Assembly (NCBI GenBank): GCA_963662275.1
Contig: OY759316.1
Span: forward strand, 992,001-1,056,000
Length of the DNA: 64,000 nucleotides
DNA from: Candidatus Cloacimonadales bacterium
Lineage (GTDB): Bacteria; Cloacimonadota; Cloacimonadia; Cloacimonadales; DAONDQ01
Reading direction: 5' to 3'
The translations under genes and the position numbers were made by a program. The notes beneath the pieces are model-generated. The model ran no database searches. It had not been told where the DNA came from and saw only the letters and a program-made list of their open reading frames with translations. Shown here in pieces: positions 38,142-48,092 of this stretch (the stretch's first letter is position 1; every line of letters starts with the position of its first letter).

Positions 38142-39686
38142 ATGACCAATTATCGAGAAATCTTGCGTTTACAGGCGCAAGGAATTAGTGAAAGGAATAT
38201 TGCTCAAAGCCTGCCGTGCTCCCGCAATACCGTATCCAAGGTGCTGAGGGCAGCAGCCCAACAAGCTGTTTTCTGGCCAATTTCTGATACAATTAGTGAC
38301 AGGGAATTGGGGAAGATGCTATTTCCCATTGTAAATATCGAAGGGTGTCGCAAGATGCCGGATTTTGAGCATATACACAAGGAGTTAGGTAAAAGCGGTG
38401 TAACCTTGTCGTTATTATGGCACGAGTATTCAGAGCTATGCCGGCAGAATCAGACGATACCCTATCAATACAGTCGATTCTGCGAGCTTTACACGGAATA
38501 TGCTCATCAAACCAAGGCAACCATGCGCATTCATCACAAGCCGGGTGAGAAGCTTGAGGTTGATTGGGCAGGTCAATCTGCGTATTTGACAAACAATCTT
38601 ACCGGGGCACAGCTTAAAGTTCCAGTCTTTGTCGCTGTTTTGCCCTATAGTGGCTATGCTTATGTTGAAGCACTTCCCAATATGAGTCTGAGTAACTGGA
38701 TTCAGGCTCATGTAAACTGCTTTCAATATATGAACGGCGTGGCAAAAATACTGGTTCCTGACAACCTCAAGACAGGTGTGGAGCGGGTATCCGGTGGAAG
38801 CAGTGTAATCAACAGGACATATAATGAGCTGGCTAATTACTACAATACAGTGGTCATCCCTGCCAGGGTCAGGCATCCCAAGGATAAGGCAAGTGCTGAA
38901 GGGACAGTAGGTATTATCTCGACCTGGATTCTGGCTGCTCTTCGCAACAGGAGTTTCTTCTCGCTTAGAGAACTCAATAAGGCAATCAGGGAAAAGTTGG
39001 CTGAATTTAACAGTAAGCCTTTCCAGGTCAAAGATGGCTCCCGTGAAAGCGTATTTTGGCAAGAAGAACGAGAGCAGCTGCTTCCCTTGCCGGAGGAGGC
39101 TTATGAACTGGCTACATGGGCTACAGCAACGGTTGGTTACAACTATCACATTATGGTTGATAAGAAGTACTATTCAGTGCCTTATGAATATATCCACCAC
39201 AAAGTAGATATTCGCCTAACCGCCAGGGTGGTGGAGGTCTTTTACAATTCAGTCAGAATAGCCTCCCCCAGGGGCTTGGAGGGAAACTCTGAGCGATATC
39301 AGACCAATGCCGAACATATGCCCAAGGATCATCAGGAATACCGGAAATGGGATGCAGATAGTTTTGTTGACTGGGCTTGTACTCTTGGAACAAGCACTGA
39401 GTTGGTAATCAAGTCAATCCTGGGATCATGCAGGGTTGAACAGCAAGGTTATCGCACCTGCATGGCTGTGCTAAGCGCTTCAAAAAAGTACGGCTGTCAA
39501 AATTTGGAAAATGCCTGTCAGAGAGCATTAAGCTACACACCAAATCCGAGTTACAGAATCATCAAGACTATTCTAAACTCAAATGAACAGAAGAGAAGCA
39601 CCGATAATGATGCTGAAGCGGTGCAAAGCTCAGAGTATGCCATCAGCCGGGAATCAGGTTACTACGGGAGAAACGAAAATGACTAA
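38142..39686 (+). CDS. istA: IS21 transposase IstA
   Basis: N-terminal HTH, PGEKLEVDWAG, VPDNLKT, PARVRHPKDKASAE, YSVPY. Confidence 0.95.
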   Translation: MTNYREILRLQAQGISERNIAQSLPCSRNTVSKVLRAAAQQAVFWPISDTISDRELGKMLFPIVNIEGCRKMPDFEHIHKELGKSGVTLSLLWHEYSELCRQNQTIPYQYSRFCELYTEYAHQTKATMRIHHKPGEKLEVDWAGQSAYLTNNLTGAQLKVPVFVAVLPYSGYAYVEALPNMSLSNWIQAHVNCFQYMNGVAKILVPDNLKTGVERVSGGSSVINRTYNELANYYNTVVIPARVRHPKDKASAEGTVGIISTWILAALRNRSFFSLRELNKAIREKLAEFNSKPFQVKDGSRESVFWQEEREQLLPLPEEAYELATWATATVGYNYHIMVDKKYYSVPYEYIHHKVDIRLTARVVEVFYNSVRIASPRGLEGNSERYQTNAEHMPKDHQEYRKWDADSFVDWACTLGTSTELVIKSILGSCRVEQQGYRTCMAVLSASKKYGCQNLENACQRALSYTPNPSYRIIKTILNSNEQKRSTDNDAEAVQSSEYAISRESGYYGRNEND

Positions 39687-40434
39687 TAATACTACTATCA
39701 TTAAACTTCGAGAGATGCTGTTAAATGGCATGGCAGATGCCTACCGAAATCAGGTTAACGATAAATCACTGGAAAACTACAGCTTTGATGAGCGCTTTGG
39801 CATGCTGGTTGATATAGAATGGGATAAGCGCAAGAATAATAGGCTTAAACGTCTGATTCACGGTGCCGGCTTCAAGTTCAGTAACGCGAGCATAGCAGAT
39901 ATTGACTACCATGAAGACAGGAAACTTGATCGTAGTGCAATCGTTGAATTGGCATCATGTTCATTTATTGGAGAGAATGAGAATATCATCATCACGGGAG
40001 CATCAGGAAGCGGTAAAACATGGCTGGCTTGTGCATTTGGCATAGCTGCCTGCAAGAAGTACTTCACTGTAAAATACGTCCGCCTGCCTGAACTGTTGGA
40101 TGACCTCGCTGTTAGCCGTTGTGAAGGCGGGCATCAAAGAGTCATAGACAGATATGTAAATGCGAAACTGCTGATACTTGATGAATGGCTGTTAACCAGG
40201 ATAAACGAACAGGAGGCTAAAGATCTCTTTGAAATAGTCGAGATGAGGTATTCCAAAGCATCTACGGTCTTGTGCTCTCAGTTCAAAACCGGAGGATGGC
40301 ACGAGAAGATTGGACAACCCACTCTCGCTGATGCCATCCTTGACCGGCTTGTTCATAACTCTCACCATATATTTATCGATGGGAAGATGTCAATGAGAGA
40401 ACGCAAGGGAATAATACAAATCAATAAGAAATAG
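39679..40434 (+). CDS. istB: IS21 helper ATPase IstB
   Basis: GASGSGKT, LLILDEW, ADAILDRLVH; start taken as ATG 39679, overlapping the istA end. Confidence 0.95.
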   Translation: MTNNTTIIKLREMLLNGMADAYRNQVNDKSLENYSFDERFGMLVDIEWDKRKNNRLKRLIHGAGFKFSNASIADIDYHEDRKLDRSAIVELASCSFIGENENIIITGASGSGKTWLACAFGIAACKKYFTVKYVRLPELLDDLAVSRCEGGHQRVIDRYVNAKLLILDEWLLTRINEQEAKDLFEIVEMRYSKASTVLCSQFKTGGWHEKIGQPTLADAILDRLVHNSHHIFIDGKMSMRERKGIIQINKK

Positions 40435-41117
40435 CCGGTTCCCTCTTAGATGCATCGTTCCGGCTGCTGCTTCGCTCGGACTACGTCCTCACTCCGCAGC
40501 AGCCGGAACTTCATCCTCCCTAATAAAGTTGATAATATGTAATAAGGCAATAAGATACGTCGTGTGGCTCAAAAAGATAATATAGTATGGCTCAATTATA
40601 GTGGAGCACTGGATCAACTTAATCGGACAAGGTGGCTTTTCTGAGCGGAATATGCAGGGAGGTGACTTTTTAGGTCGGAGAGTTTGATTATGTTAATTGT
40701 AGTAGCTCCGGGTTTAACCGGTTGCCATCCCATCTCCCTTTTTGCAAAAAGAACTCACAATTCTAAAGTAAATGAACAAGATAATAGCAAACATCTTTGC
40801 ATTGAAACGTACTAGGGTTGGAATACGATACTATTACGGTAGCATTACGGTTTTTTACCGTAATGCTACCGTATTGCTACCGTATTGGTACCGTAATGCT
40901 TTTTAATAAGATTTGCATGAAGTATAGATATAATATATACTTTCATTCATTGACAGTATTTATCAATATGCTTAATATTGTATATATTTCAGAAGTGTTG
41001 ATTGAATGGTTGAATTTAGAGAAATGCATTTAAAGATCGTTGAAATGCTTATAATGAAGTTTATCACATGCTTTTTTAAGTAAGGATTCACTATAATGTA
41101 TTAAGTAAGGAGATAAA

Positions 41118-43991
41118 ATGAAAGGAACATTATCAATCACAATTCTATTGGTTCTCTTATCTGGGAGTTTATATGCTTCAGCAAAGTCTTTGACTTCTCC
41201 GAAGAACCAATCAATTAATTCTGGGATTAATTCAAATATGATGAGTTCAGGGACTGTTCATAAATTGTATCAACCATACCCAAGTTCAGGTAACAACAAT
41301 AAACTCAATAGAGATGAAATAATCACTTACCAGGAGATTTTTGAGAATGGTAATGATGGCTGGAGCTTTGCTGATGGTACTATACCTCCGAATTTGTTTC
41401 ATAACTACAATTCACCTACAGATGGCTGGGTGTGGTGGATGGGTGATCCGGCTCTTGCAACTGGTAGTAATATTGGCAGATATCATGAAAAACAGTACCT
41501 AGTATTGGATACTCCTGCGATCCAAGTATCTTCTTCCAATGCTTTACTGACCTTTACCTTGAATTATAATGTTGAGTCACCAGTTGGAGCCACAACTCCT
41601 TATGATGGCTGGGATGCGTGCAATATTCGCATCTCTACGGATGGTGGCAGCATTTGGTCTATCCTGGTTGGAACACCCGCTTATAATGTGTTATCAGCTT
41701 ATTCTTTCGGATATGAGCATAGAGAAGGAACAAATATTCCCGGGTGGGGTGGAACTTCCAATGGTTGGTTGAATGCCTCCTTCGATCTGGGTGCTTATGT
41801 AGGGCAGGATGTCATCATTCGTTTTGCATTTGCCTCCGATGATTTCCCGGAAACAAGCGATGTATCATCTATGTTTGGAATGATGGTCGATGATATACAT
41901 CTGGGGAGTTTTACCAATGATAGCTCTTCCAGTATAGGTTTCACCGCAAGCAGTTTGGTACCGGTAGGTGGTCAGTTATGGCATATTGCAGAAGTTGCAG
42001 ATGCTCCTTCACCTACACATGCTATGATCTGTCAAAACGATGCTGGTTCCTATAATCCCAGTATGCTAAATTATTTGGTGAGTCCTTCCATACAATTACC
42101 TGAATTCGGAGATATCAAGGCAGATTTTCAAATTAAAGGGAGTTTTTCTAATTTTGGAACAATCCCTGATATTAATAATTGGAGTTGGGAGATATCACCC
42201 GATAATGGAACAAACTGGTATTCGATGATGAATCCATACCATGATCCTGTTAATATCGATTGGATTACGGATGCTCCCTCAACCTGGAGATCAGTAACAG
42301 AAGCCTACATAAGTTACTTCGATGGGTTGATCTCAGATTATTCAGGTCTAATGGTCAAATTCAGGATATTTTTTGAAACAAATACAAATGTACATGGCAC
42401 AGGCATTATGATCGATAATTTTACGATTACCAATATATTGCGAATACCACCTCCAGTGAACCTGAGTGCAACGTTATCAAATTCGAATGTTCATTTGAAT
42501 TGGATGGCACCAAATCCCGCAATACTTCTTCATTTCTTGACTTCTACAAATGAGAATTGGTCAGACTATGTTTCAAGCGCAGATGCATATGCCATGAAAA
42601 TTGACAATCCTGGTTCTACACCTACTCAGTTGCATGGAATTAATTTCATGCTCTATCGCCAAAATAGTATGCCGATCGTTTGTACTCCCTCCATTCATGT
42701 CTGGGCTAACGAAGCAGGATTTCCTGGTACTGAACTGATAGTTATTCATGGAATCACAGAAATTGATAACTATGCTTGGAAGAACGTAGATGTTACAAAT
42801 TCCAATATCATGATTCCTTCAGATGGTTCAATCTTTGTCGGTATCAGTGATATTAATCCGGGTGATGTTAATGCACAAGGTTTGTTGTGTGATGCTACCA
42901 GTCCAATATCAAATTCATTTGTAAACATTGGTGGTGAGTGGGGATCACTTGGTATTATTTACTCAGGTCTTGTTAACTGCGGATTGTCTGCTACAATATA
43001 TGATGCAGATCCAACAGCTCCCGTTCTTACGGGCTACAAAGTGTTCCATTCACTTGATCCTGTAGGTACATTCACTGAAATTGCTGATATTATAGATACA
43101 ACAACACATACATATACTGATCAGTTCCCGGCAGTTGGTATAATGAATTATTACAAGGTAACCGGTGTTTATGGTATTAATCAATCTTATCCATCTAGTA
43201 TTGCATCTATCTTTGTATTTGGTGCTGACTACTCAGAAATTCTATATGATGATAATGAAGCTGACCAAGGTTACAATGCTGGTTCAACCCACTCAATGGT
43301 TGTCAAGTTTGATCCCGATATTCCATATGGTGTCAGTTGTGAAATTGCCTATGCTAAAGTATTTGTGAACACTGTTGGTATAGGGTCATTGATCATACGT
43401 GTTTATAATGCAAATGGTATTAATAGCACACCTGGTGCAGAGTTACTTTTATTCAGTTATCCCCATACAAGCCTCGTGCAAGGTTGGAACATAATTCCAA
43501 TGCTTCTTTATGCTCCAGAGACAACTGGTAGTTTCTACATTGGAATACTTGATTATGCAGGTTCTTCTGCAGTTGGTTTAGACACTGACTCTCATAATAG
43601 AAGTTGGAAGAACTTATCTAGTACTGGTCCCTGGCAGCAAATTACGGAAGGTAATTTAATGATACGTGCTATTATCCGTAGTCCTGTCGGAAATGATGAT
43701 CTAGTTGAAATTGCACCTGAGGCGAGTCTTTACAATTATCCCAACCCTTTCAATCTGGAGACGACAATTAAATACAATCAACATAATACAGGTACTGTAA
43801 AAATTGCGATTTATAACATCAAAGGTCAGATGATTAAGGAACTAAAAAATGGATATGAGAATACCGGCGTTTATTCTCTCACATGGGATGGTACAGATAG
43901 TCAGAACAATGCTGGTCCGTCTGGTATCTACTTTATCAGGATGGTCTTCGATGGAAAAACCATGACCAGGAAAATCATGCTGGTTAAATAA
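41118..43991 (+). CDS. Large secreted protein with FN3-like modules and C-terminal FlgD/T9SS-type sorting domain
   Basis: Signal peptide; GMMVDDI / GIMIDNF jelly-roll repeats; NYPNPFN...IYNIKGQ...WDG...SGIYF. Confidence 0.85.
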   Translation: MKGTLSITILLVLLSGSLYASAKSLTSPKNQSINSGINSNMMSSGTVHKLYQPYPSSGNNNKLNRDEIITYQEIFENGNDGWSFADGTIPPNLFHNYNSPTDGWVWWMGDPALATGSNIGRYHEKQYLVLDTPAIQVSSSNALLTFTLNYNVESPVGATTPYDGWDACNIRISTDGGSIWSILVGTPAYNVLSAYSFGYEHREGTNIPGWGGTSNGWLNASFDLGAYVGQDVIIRFAFASDDFPETSDVSSMFGMMVDDIHLGSFTNDSSSSIGFTASSLVPVGGQLWHIAEVADAPSPTHAMICQNDAGSYNPSMLNYLVSPSIQLPEFGDIKADFQIKGSFSNFGTIPDINNWSWEISPDNGTNWYSMMNPYHDPVNIDWITDAPSTWRSVTEAYISYFDGLISDYSGLMVKFRIFFETNTNVHGTGIMIDNFTITNILRIPPPVNLSATLSNSNVHLNWMAPNPAILLHFLTSTNENWSDYVSSADAYAMKIDNPGSTPTQLHGINFMLYRQNSMPIVCTPSIHVWANEAGFPGTELIVIHGITEIDNYAWKNVDVTNSNIMIPSDGSIFVGISDINPGDVNAQGLLCDATSPISNSFVNIGGEWGSLGIIYSGLVNCGLSATIYDADPTAPVLTGYKVFHSLDPVGTFTEIADIIDTTTHTYTDQFPAVGIMNYYKVTGVYGINQSYPSSIASIFVFGADYSEILYDDNEADQGYNAGSTHSMVVKFDPDIPYGVSCEIAYAKVFVNTVGIGSLIIRVYNANGINSTPGAELLLFSYPHTSLVQGWNIIPMLLYAPETTGSFYIGILDYAGSSAVGLDTDSHNRSWKNLSSTGPWQQITEGNLMIRAIIRSPVGNDDLVEIAPEASLYNYPNPFNLETTIKYNQHNTGTVKIAIYNIKGQMIKELKNGYENTGVYSLTWDGTDSQNNAGPSGIYFIRMVFDGKTMTRKIMLVK

Positions 43992-44006
43992 CAGATAACT
44001 GAATTG

Positions 44007-44040
44007 AAAAAGCCAATAGCGATATGCTATTGGCTTTTTT
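44007..44040 (+). terminator. Intrinsic terminator
   Basis: AAAAAGCCAATAGC-gatat-GCTATTGGCTTTTT. Confidence 0.8.
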
Positions 44041-44152
44041 ATTAATAATTTGTTGACTCATGCACTTTAAATTTAAAGTTTAGCCAAGTTGAGTACTCCT
44101 ATCAGTTAGAAACACCACATATTCAATAATGATAATAATATAGAGGTAATGA

Positions 44153-44971
44153 ATGAAGAAGATAGATCTCCATCTGCATACGACAGATTCAGATGGACTC
44201 TATACCGCAAAACAACTCCTCCAAGCTGCTAGAAAGCTTGGATATCATACTATTTCAATTACAGATCATGATACAATTGAAGGTTATTTGAAATCAGTTG
44301 AGTTGGCTAAAGAATATAAAATAAACCTTATTCCCGGTGTCGAGATAAGCAGTCATCATCAAGGTCATGATGTGCATATTCTTGCCTATTGCTTCGATAT
44401 TCAACACCAGGAATTACAGGATTTACTGGATTATATTCACAGGGGAAGAATCGCTCGTGCTGAAAAGATGCTGGCTAATCTTGATAAATTAGGTATTCAT
44501 ATCAATATGGCTGATTTATTTAGATTGTCAGGTGATGATGATCTTCTTGGTCGTCCACACATGGCAAGAGCAATGATGGAAAAAGGTTATTGCCGTTCCA
44601 TCCGGGAAGCATTCGATAAGTATATAGGCGATCATTGTCCCGGTTATGTGCCCAAGCCTTCCCTCGAACCAATAGATATTATTCGGATAATCAAGGAAGC
44701 AGGTGGTATTTCATCAATCGCTCATCCATATAAATTATTCAGTAATCTCTATATTGATGATTTCAAAGATATGGGAGTTTCGGGTTTAGAGGTCTATTAC
44801 ATGGACCATAGTCCTCAGCAAGTGGCATTCTATGAGATGATTACTCGTAAGTACGGAATGATACGTACCGGGGGGAGTGATTTTCATGGTGAAGATAATC
44901 GTGGAACAGTCTTTGGCAGTTTTTCAACTCCCGAAGCTGTCCTGGAAGATATAGAAAAATACTATCGATAG
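44153..44971 (+). CDS. PHP-domain phosphoesterase (TrpH/YciV-like)
   Basis: DLHLHTTDSDG, ITDHD, PGVEIS, GRPH, AHP, GGSDFHG. Confidence 0.92.
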   Translation: MKKIDLHLHTTDSDGLYTAKQLLQAARKLGYHTISITDHDTIEGYLKSVELAKEYKINLIPGVEISSHHQGHDVHILAYCFDIQHQELQDLLDYIHRGRIARAEKMLANLDKLGIHINMADLFRLSGDDDLLGRPHMARAMMEKGYCRSIREAFDKYIGDHCPGYVPKPSLEPIDIIRIIKEAGGISSIAHPYKLFSNLYIDDFKDMGVSGLEVYYMDHSPQQVAFYEMITRKYGMIRTGGSDFHGEDNRGTVFGSFSTPEAVLEDIEKYYR

Positions 44972-44978
44972 AGTCATA

Positions 44979-45503
44979 ATGAATCAACACGAAGAATTCA
45001 ATAATCTACTCCAATCGCAATCAAGAAGAGAATTCCCCAGGATCTATCGCTTCAGTCCGATTGTTCGCACGATGACTATGATCATTGCCTCTTTTGCCCT
45101 TATCTATTCGATATGGTTTATCTTTTCCATTGTCAACGTCGAATCCCATCTTATTTTAAAGATATTACCGGTGATTATTGCGTTTTTGTCAGGGCAAACG
45201 CTTCTACGTCATACAATGTCATTACAGAAAGTAGTCCTCGAAAGTGATCGAATTGTATTTAATTATGTGATTAGGAAGCCTTTCATCATATATTATATAC
45301 AAATTAAGCGCATGGAAATGACCGAAGTCAAGCCAAGGTCTGTCAAAATCATTTTTGAAAGCGCACCGGAGCATTATAAAGCTTTTTTAATGCGTGTTGG
45401 ATTTCCTAATATGTTGGAAATACTGAATGGTGTTGTAGAAATGACAAGAAATTTAGAACTGGACGAATTTTTAAGTGCTACGTTAATTGATCCCAAGAAA
45501 TAG
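44979..45503 (+). CDS. Hypothetical membrane protein
   Basis: Two TM helices, operonic spacing. Confidence 0.65.
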   Translation: MNQHEEFNNLLQSQSRREFPRIYRFSPIVRTMTMIIASFALIYSIWFIFSIVNVESHLILKILPVIIAFLSGQTLLRHTMSLQKVVLESDRIVFNYVIRKPFIIYYIQIKRMEMTEVKPRSVKIIFESAPEHYKAFLMRVGFPNMLEILNGVVEMTRNLELDEFLSATLIDPKK

Positions 45504-45520
45504 TTAAATAAGTTTAGTAA

Positions 45521-45610
45521 CCTGCGATGAGGGATACGTTCTGTCATCAAGGGAAGATGTTCAAGGATAAATTTATCCTCATCCTCTCATCGCGGATGAG
45601 GATTTTTTTT
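45521..45610 (+). promoter_or_regulatory. Candidate attenuator/riboswitch leader
   Basis: Mutually exclusive terminator and antiterminator pairings directly before ATG 45611. Confidence 0.5.
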
Positions 45611-45859
45611 ATGGAAAAGCTTACTCATATCATTTCAATCGTGATCACAGATCGCGATAATGCCATTGCCCAAGTAAACGAATTATTGCATAAGTATGCT
45701 GATAGTATTTCCTTGAGAGTCGGGTATCCTATCCCTCACAAATCAGCTTCAATCATTTTCATTATTCTGGAACTGACCCTGGATGAAATAGGTGCCTTTT
45801 CCGGTAAATTAGGTCAGATTCCTTCCGTCAAAGTTAAAGTAACAACATTAAAAATATAA
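45611..45859 (+). CDS. TM1266-family iron-only hydrogenase system regulator
   Basis: VNELLHKY..I..RVG.P, GAFSGKLGQI..VKVK; directly upstream of hydG. Confidence 0.85.
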   Translation: MEKLTHIISIVITDRDNAIAQVNELLHKYADSISLRVGYPIPHKSASIIFIILELTLDEIGAFSGKLGQIPSVKVKVTTLKI

Positions 45860-45871
45860 ATAGAGGTAGCA

Positions 45872-47281
45872 ATGAATATGAATACTGATGGCATCAAATC
45901 CTTCATCCCTGATGATGAAATATGGATGTTTCTCGAGAAAACAAAGAATCCTGAAAAAAAACGCATCCAGGAAATAATAGCAAAGTCCCTGGCGAAGAAT
46001 CGTCTTGATCCTGAAGAAGTTGCCTGTCTTATCAATACGAATGATCCTGAACTATTGGAAGAGATTTTCGAAGGTGCACGTACTTTGAAAAGAACGATCT
46101 ACGGCAACCGCATTGTTCTTTTCGCTCCTTTATATATCGGAAATGAATGTATCAATGACTGTGTCTATTGTGGATTTCGCATTTCCAATCCCGATTGCTA
46201 TAGGAAGACACTCACAATGGATGAACTGGAGGCAGAAACCCGGGAATTGGAAAAAAAAGGACACAAGCGTTTGATCCTGGTTTATGGTGAACATCCCAAG
46301 TATGATGCAAATTATATTGCGGAAACAGTGAAAAAAGTGTATGATACTAAGGAAGGCAACGGCGAGATCAGGCGTGTAAATATCAATGCTGCTCCCCTGG
46401 ATGTGGAAGGTTTTCGAATAGTTAAATCTTCAGGTATAGGCACTTACCAGATATTCCAGGAAACCTATCACCAGGATACGTATGAGAAATATCATCCACG
46501 TGGACCAAAGAGCAGCTTTCTCTGGCGTCTTGATGGTTTAGACAGAGCAATGCTCGGGGGGATTGATGACCTCGGTATAGGTGCACTTATCGGGCTATTT
46601 GACTGGCGTTTTGAAGTGATGGGCCTTCTCTATCATACGATCCATCTCGAAGAACGTTTTGGAGTGGGACCTCATACAATATCCTTCCCTCGTATTGAAC
46701 CTGCTAACGGTACTGAATTTACTGACAAGCCACCTTATGCTGTGAGTGATGCTGATTTCAAGAAACTGGTTGCTATTCTTCGTCTTGCGGTACCTTACAC
46801 AGGTATGATACTAACAGCTCGGGAATCTGTTGCCGTGAGAAATGAAGTGATCGATTTCGGGGTATCACAAATCGATGCTGGTTCCAGTATTGGAGTGGGT
46901 GAATACTCTGCTCATGACCAGGAAGCCTATAAAAGAAGTCAGTTTGTTTTAGGTGATCAGCGTTCCCTGGATGAAGTCATTGGTGAATTGACACGAGATG
47001 GTTTTCTACCTTCCTTTTGCACAGGGTGCTATCGCTTAGGAAGAACTGGTGAACATTTCATGGAATTTGCCATTCCAGGATTTGTGAAACGTTATTGTAC
47101 TCCAAATGCAGTTCTTACTTTTTTAGAATATCTAGAGGATTATGCCTCGCCTGATACTTTAAAATACGGTCTGCAACGAATCCAGGCTGAACTGGATACA
47201 ATGGAAGATTCACCGATGAAAACAACACTGCTCCAGAGAATGGATAAGATTAAAGCGGGGGAGAGGGATCTGTATTTTTGA
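45872..47281 (+). CDS. hydG: [FeFe]-hydrogenase H-cluster radical SAM maturase HydG
   Basis: FAPLY..NEC.N.CVYCG, RRVNINAAP, GPHTISFPR, PSFCTGCYR..RTG, C.PNA, GERDLYF. Confidence 0.95.
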   Translation: MNMNTDGIKSFIPDDEIWMFLEKTKNPEKKRIQEIIAKSLAKNRLDPEEVACLINTNDPELLEEIFEGARTLKRTIYGNRIVLFAPLYIGNECINDCVYCGFRISNPDCYRKTLTMDELEAETRELEKKGHKRLILVYGEHPKYDANYIAETVKKVYDTKEGNGEIRRVNINAAPLDVEGFRIVKSSGIGTYQIFQETYHQDTYEKYHPRGPKSSFLWRLDGLDRAMLGGIDDLGIGALIGLFDWRFEVMGLLYHTIHLEERFGVGPHTISFPRIEPANGTEFTDKPPYAVSDADFKKLVAILRLAVPYTGMILTARESVAVRNEVIDFGVSQIDAGSSIGVGEYSAHDQEAYKRSQFVLGDQRSLDEVIGELTRDGFLPSFCTGCYRLGRTGEHFMEFAIPGFVKRYCTPNAVLTFLEYLEDYASPDTLKYGLQRIQAELDTMEDSPMKTTLLQRMDKIKAGERDLYF

Positions 47282-47287
47282 AGTTAC

Positions 47288-47391
47288 GTAAAGCAAGACG
47301 CCGTTCTTGCTATCTTCGTAAAGTAACACGCCGTTGTTACTATCTGAAGACCAAAGAGCAGAAATCCAGCAAGAACGGCGTCTTGCTTTAC
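47288..47391. repeat. 104-bp REP cluster, direct repeat of 48089-48192
   Basis: GTAAAGCAAGACGCCGTTCTTGCT, GTAAAGTAACACGCCGTTGTTACT and an inverted copy. Confidence 0.9.
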
Positions 47392-47411
47392 AAATAAAAA
47401 GGGGGTAACAA

Positions 47412-48092
47412 ATGAAGGGAGTTAATAACATAGGTCAGGAGAATTTAAAGTACTTTTATCGTTCTCGGAATCTACCACATAAGTATGATATCGACAAACC
47501 TATCTTTATCACGTATAGACTGAAATTCACATTACCAAAATCAATAATAGAAGCATTGGAGGTAATGAAACAAGAATGGAACTCTGAATTACAATCTCTT
47601 ACAGACATCGAAAAGAAGAAGAAAATACAAACCAGAGATCACTTATTCTTCTCATGGTTCGATGAGTTTCTTACTAAGTCATCCGAAGTTCCACAACTTC
47701 TTCATCGAGCTGATTTAACCAATATCATCAAAGAATCTTTTCATTTTTTTGATAATCAGCATTACCAACTTTTAGCATACTGCATAATGCCAAATCATGT
47801 ACATGTTTTAATTATACCTGTTACACAACAGGACGGTGATATTTATTCACCATCTCATATAACATATACATGGAAAAAATATACAGCATACAGAATCAAT
47901 AGTAACCTGAACAGAGAAGGAAGTCTGTGGCATCATGAATCATACGATCATCTTATTAACAGTGATTATGATCTCTACCATGCACTTGAATATATTATAG
48001 AGAACCCAGTAAAAGCAGGCTTAGTTAGTAAGTGGACTGACTGGAATGGAACTTGGATAAGAGATGATTTGAAACCTGTACAAATCCCGTAA
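47412..48092 (+). CDS. REP-associated tyrosine transposase (RAYT; Y1 HUH, IS200-like)
   Basis: RNLPH, FITYRL, AYCIMPNHVHV (HUH), WHHESYDH, YIIENPVKAGLV..WTDW; flanked by REP palindromes. Confidence 0.88.
   Translation: MKGVNNIGQENLKYFYRSRNLPHKYDIDKPIFITYRLKFTLPKSIIEALEVMKQEWNSELQSLTDIEKKKKIQTRDHLFFSWFDEFLTKSSEVPQLLHRADLTNIIKESFHFFDNQHYQLLAYCIMPNHVHVLIIPVTQQDGDIYSPSHITYTWKKYTAYRINSNLNREGSLWHHESYDHLINSDYDLYHALEYIIENPVKAGLVSKWTDWNGTWIRDDLKPVQIP

Larger units (their letters stand above)
37975..40656 (+). mobile_element. IS21-family insertion sequence
   Basis: TG...CA ends; GGGAGG TSD (37969-37974 and 40657-40662); multiple subterminal TGAGCCA repeats inverted at both ends; istA-istB. Confidence 0.92.

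Noticed and set aside
40457..40510. Hairpin after istB as an ncRNA
   Set aside because: Lies inside the IS21 right end; most likely an element-internal terminator-like structure.
45872..47281. thiH
   Set aside because: The C-terminal CTGC...C cluster motif and the TM1266 neighbour indicate HydG.
47412..48092. Ordinary IS200/IS605 element with TnpB
   Set aside because: No tnpB; the motifs and flanking REP clusters fit a RAYT better.
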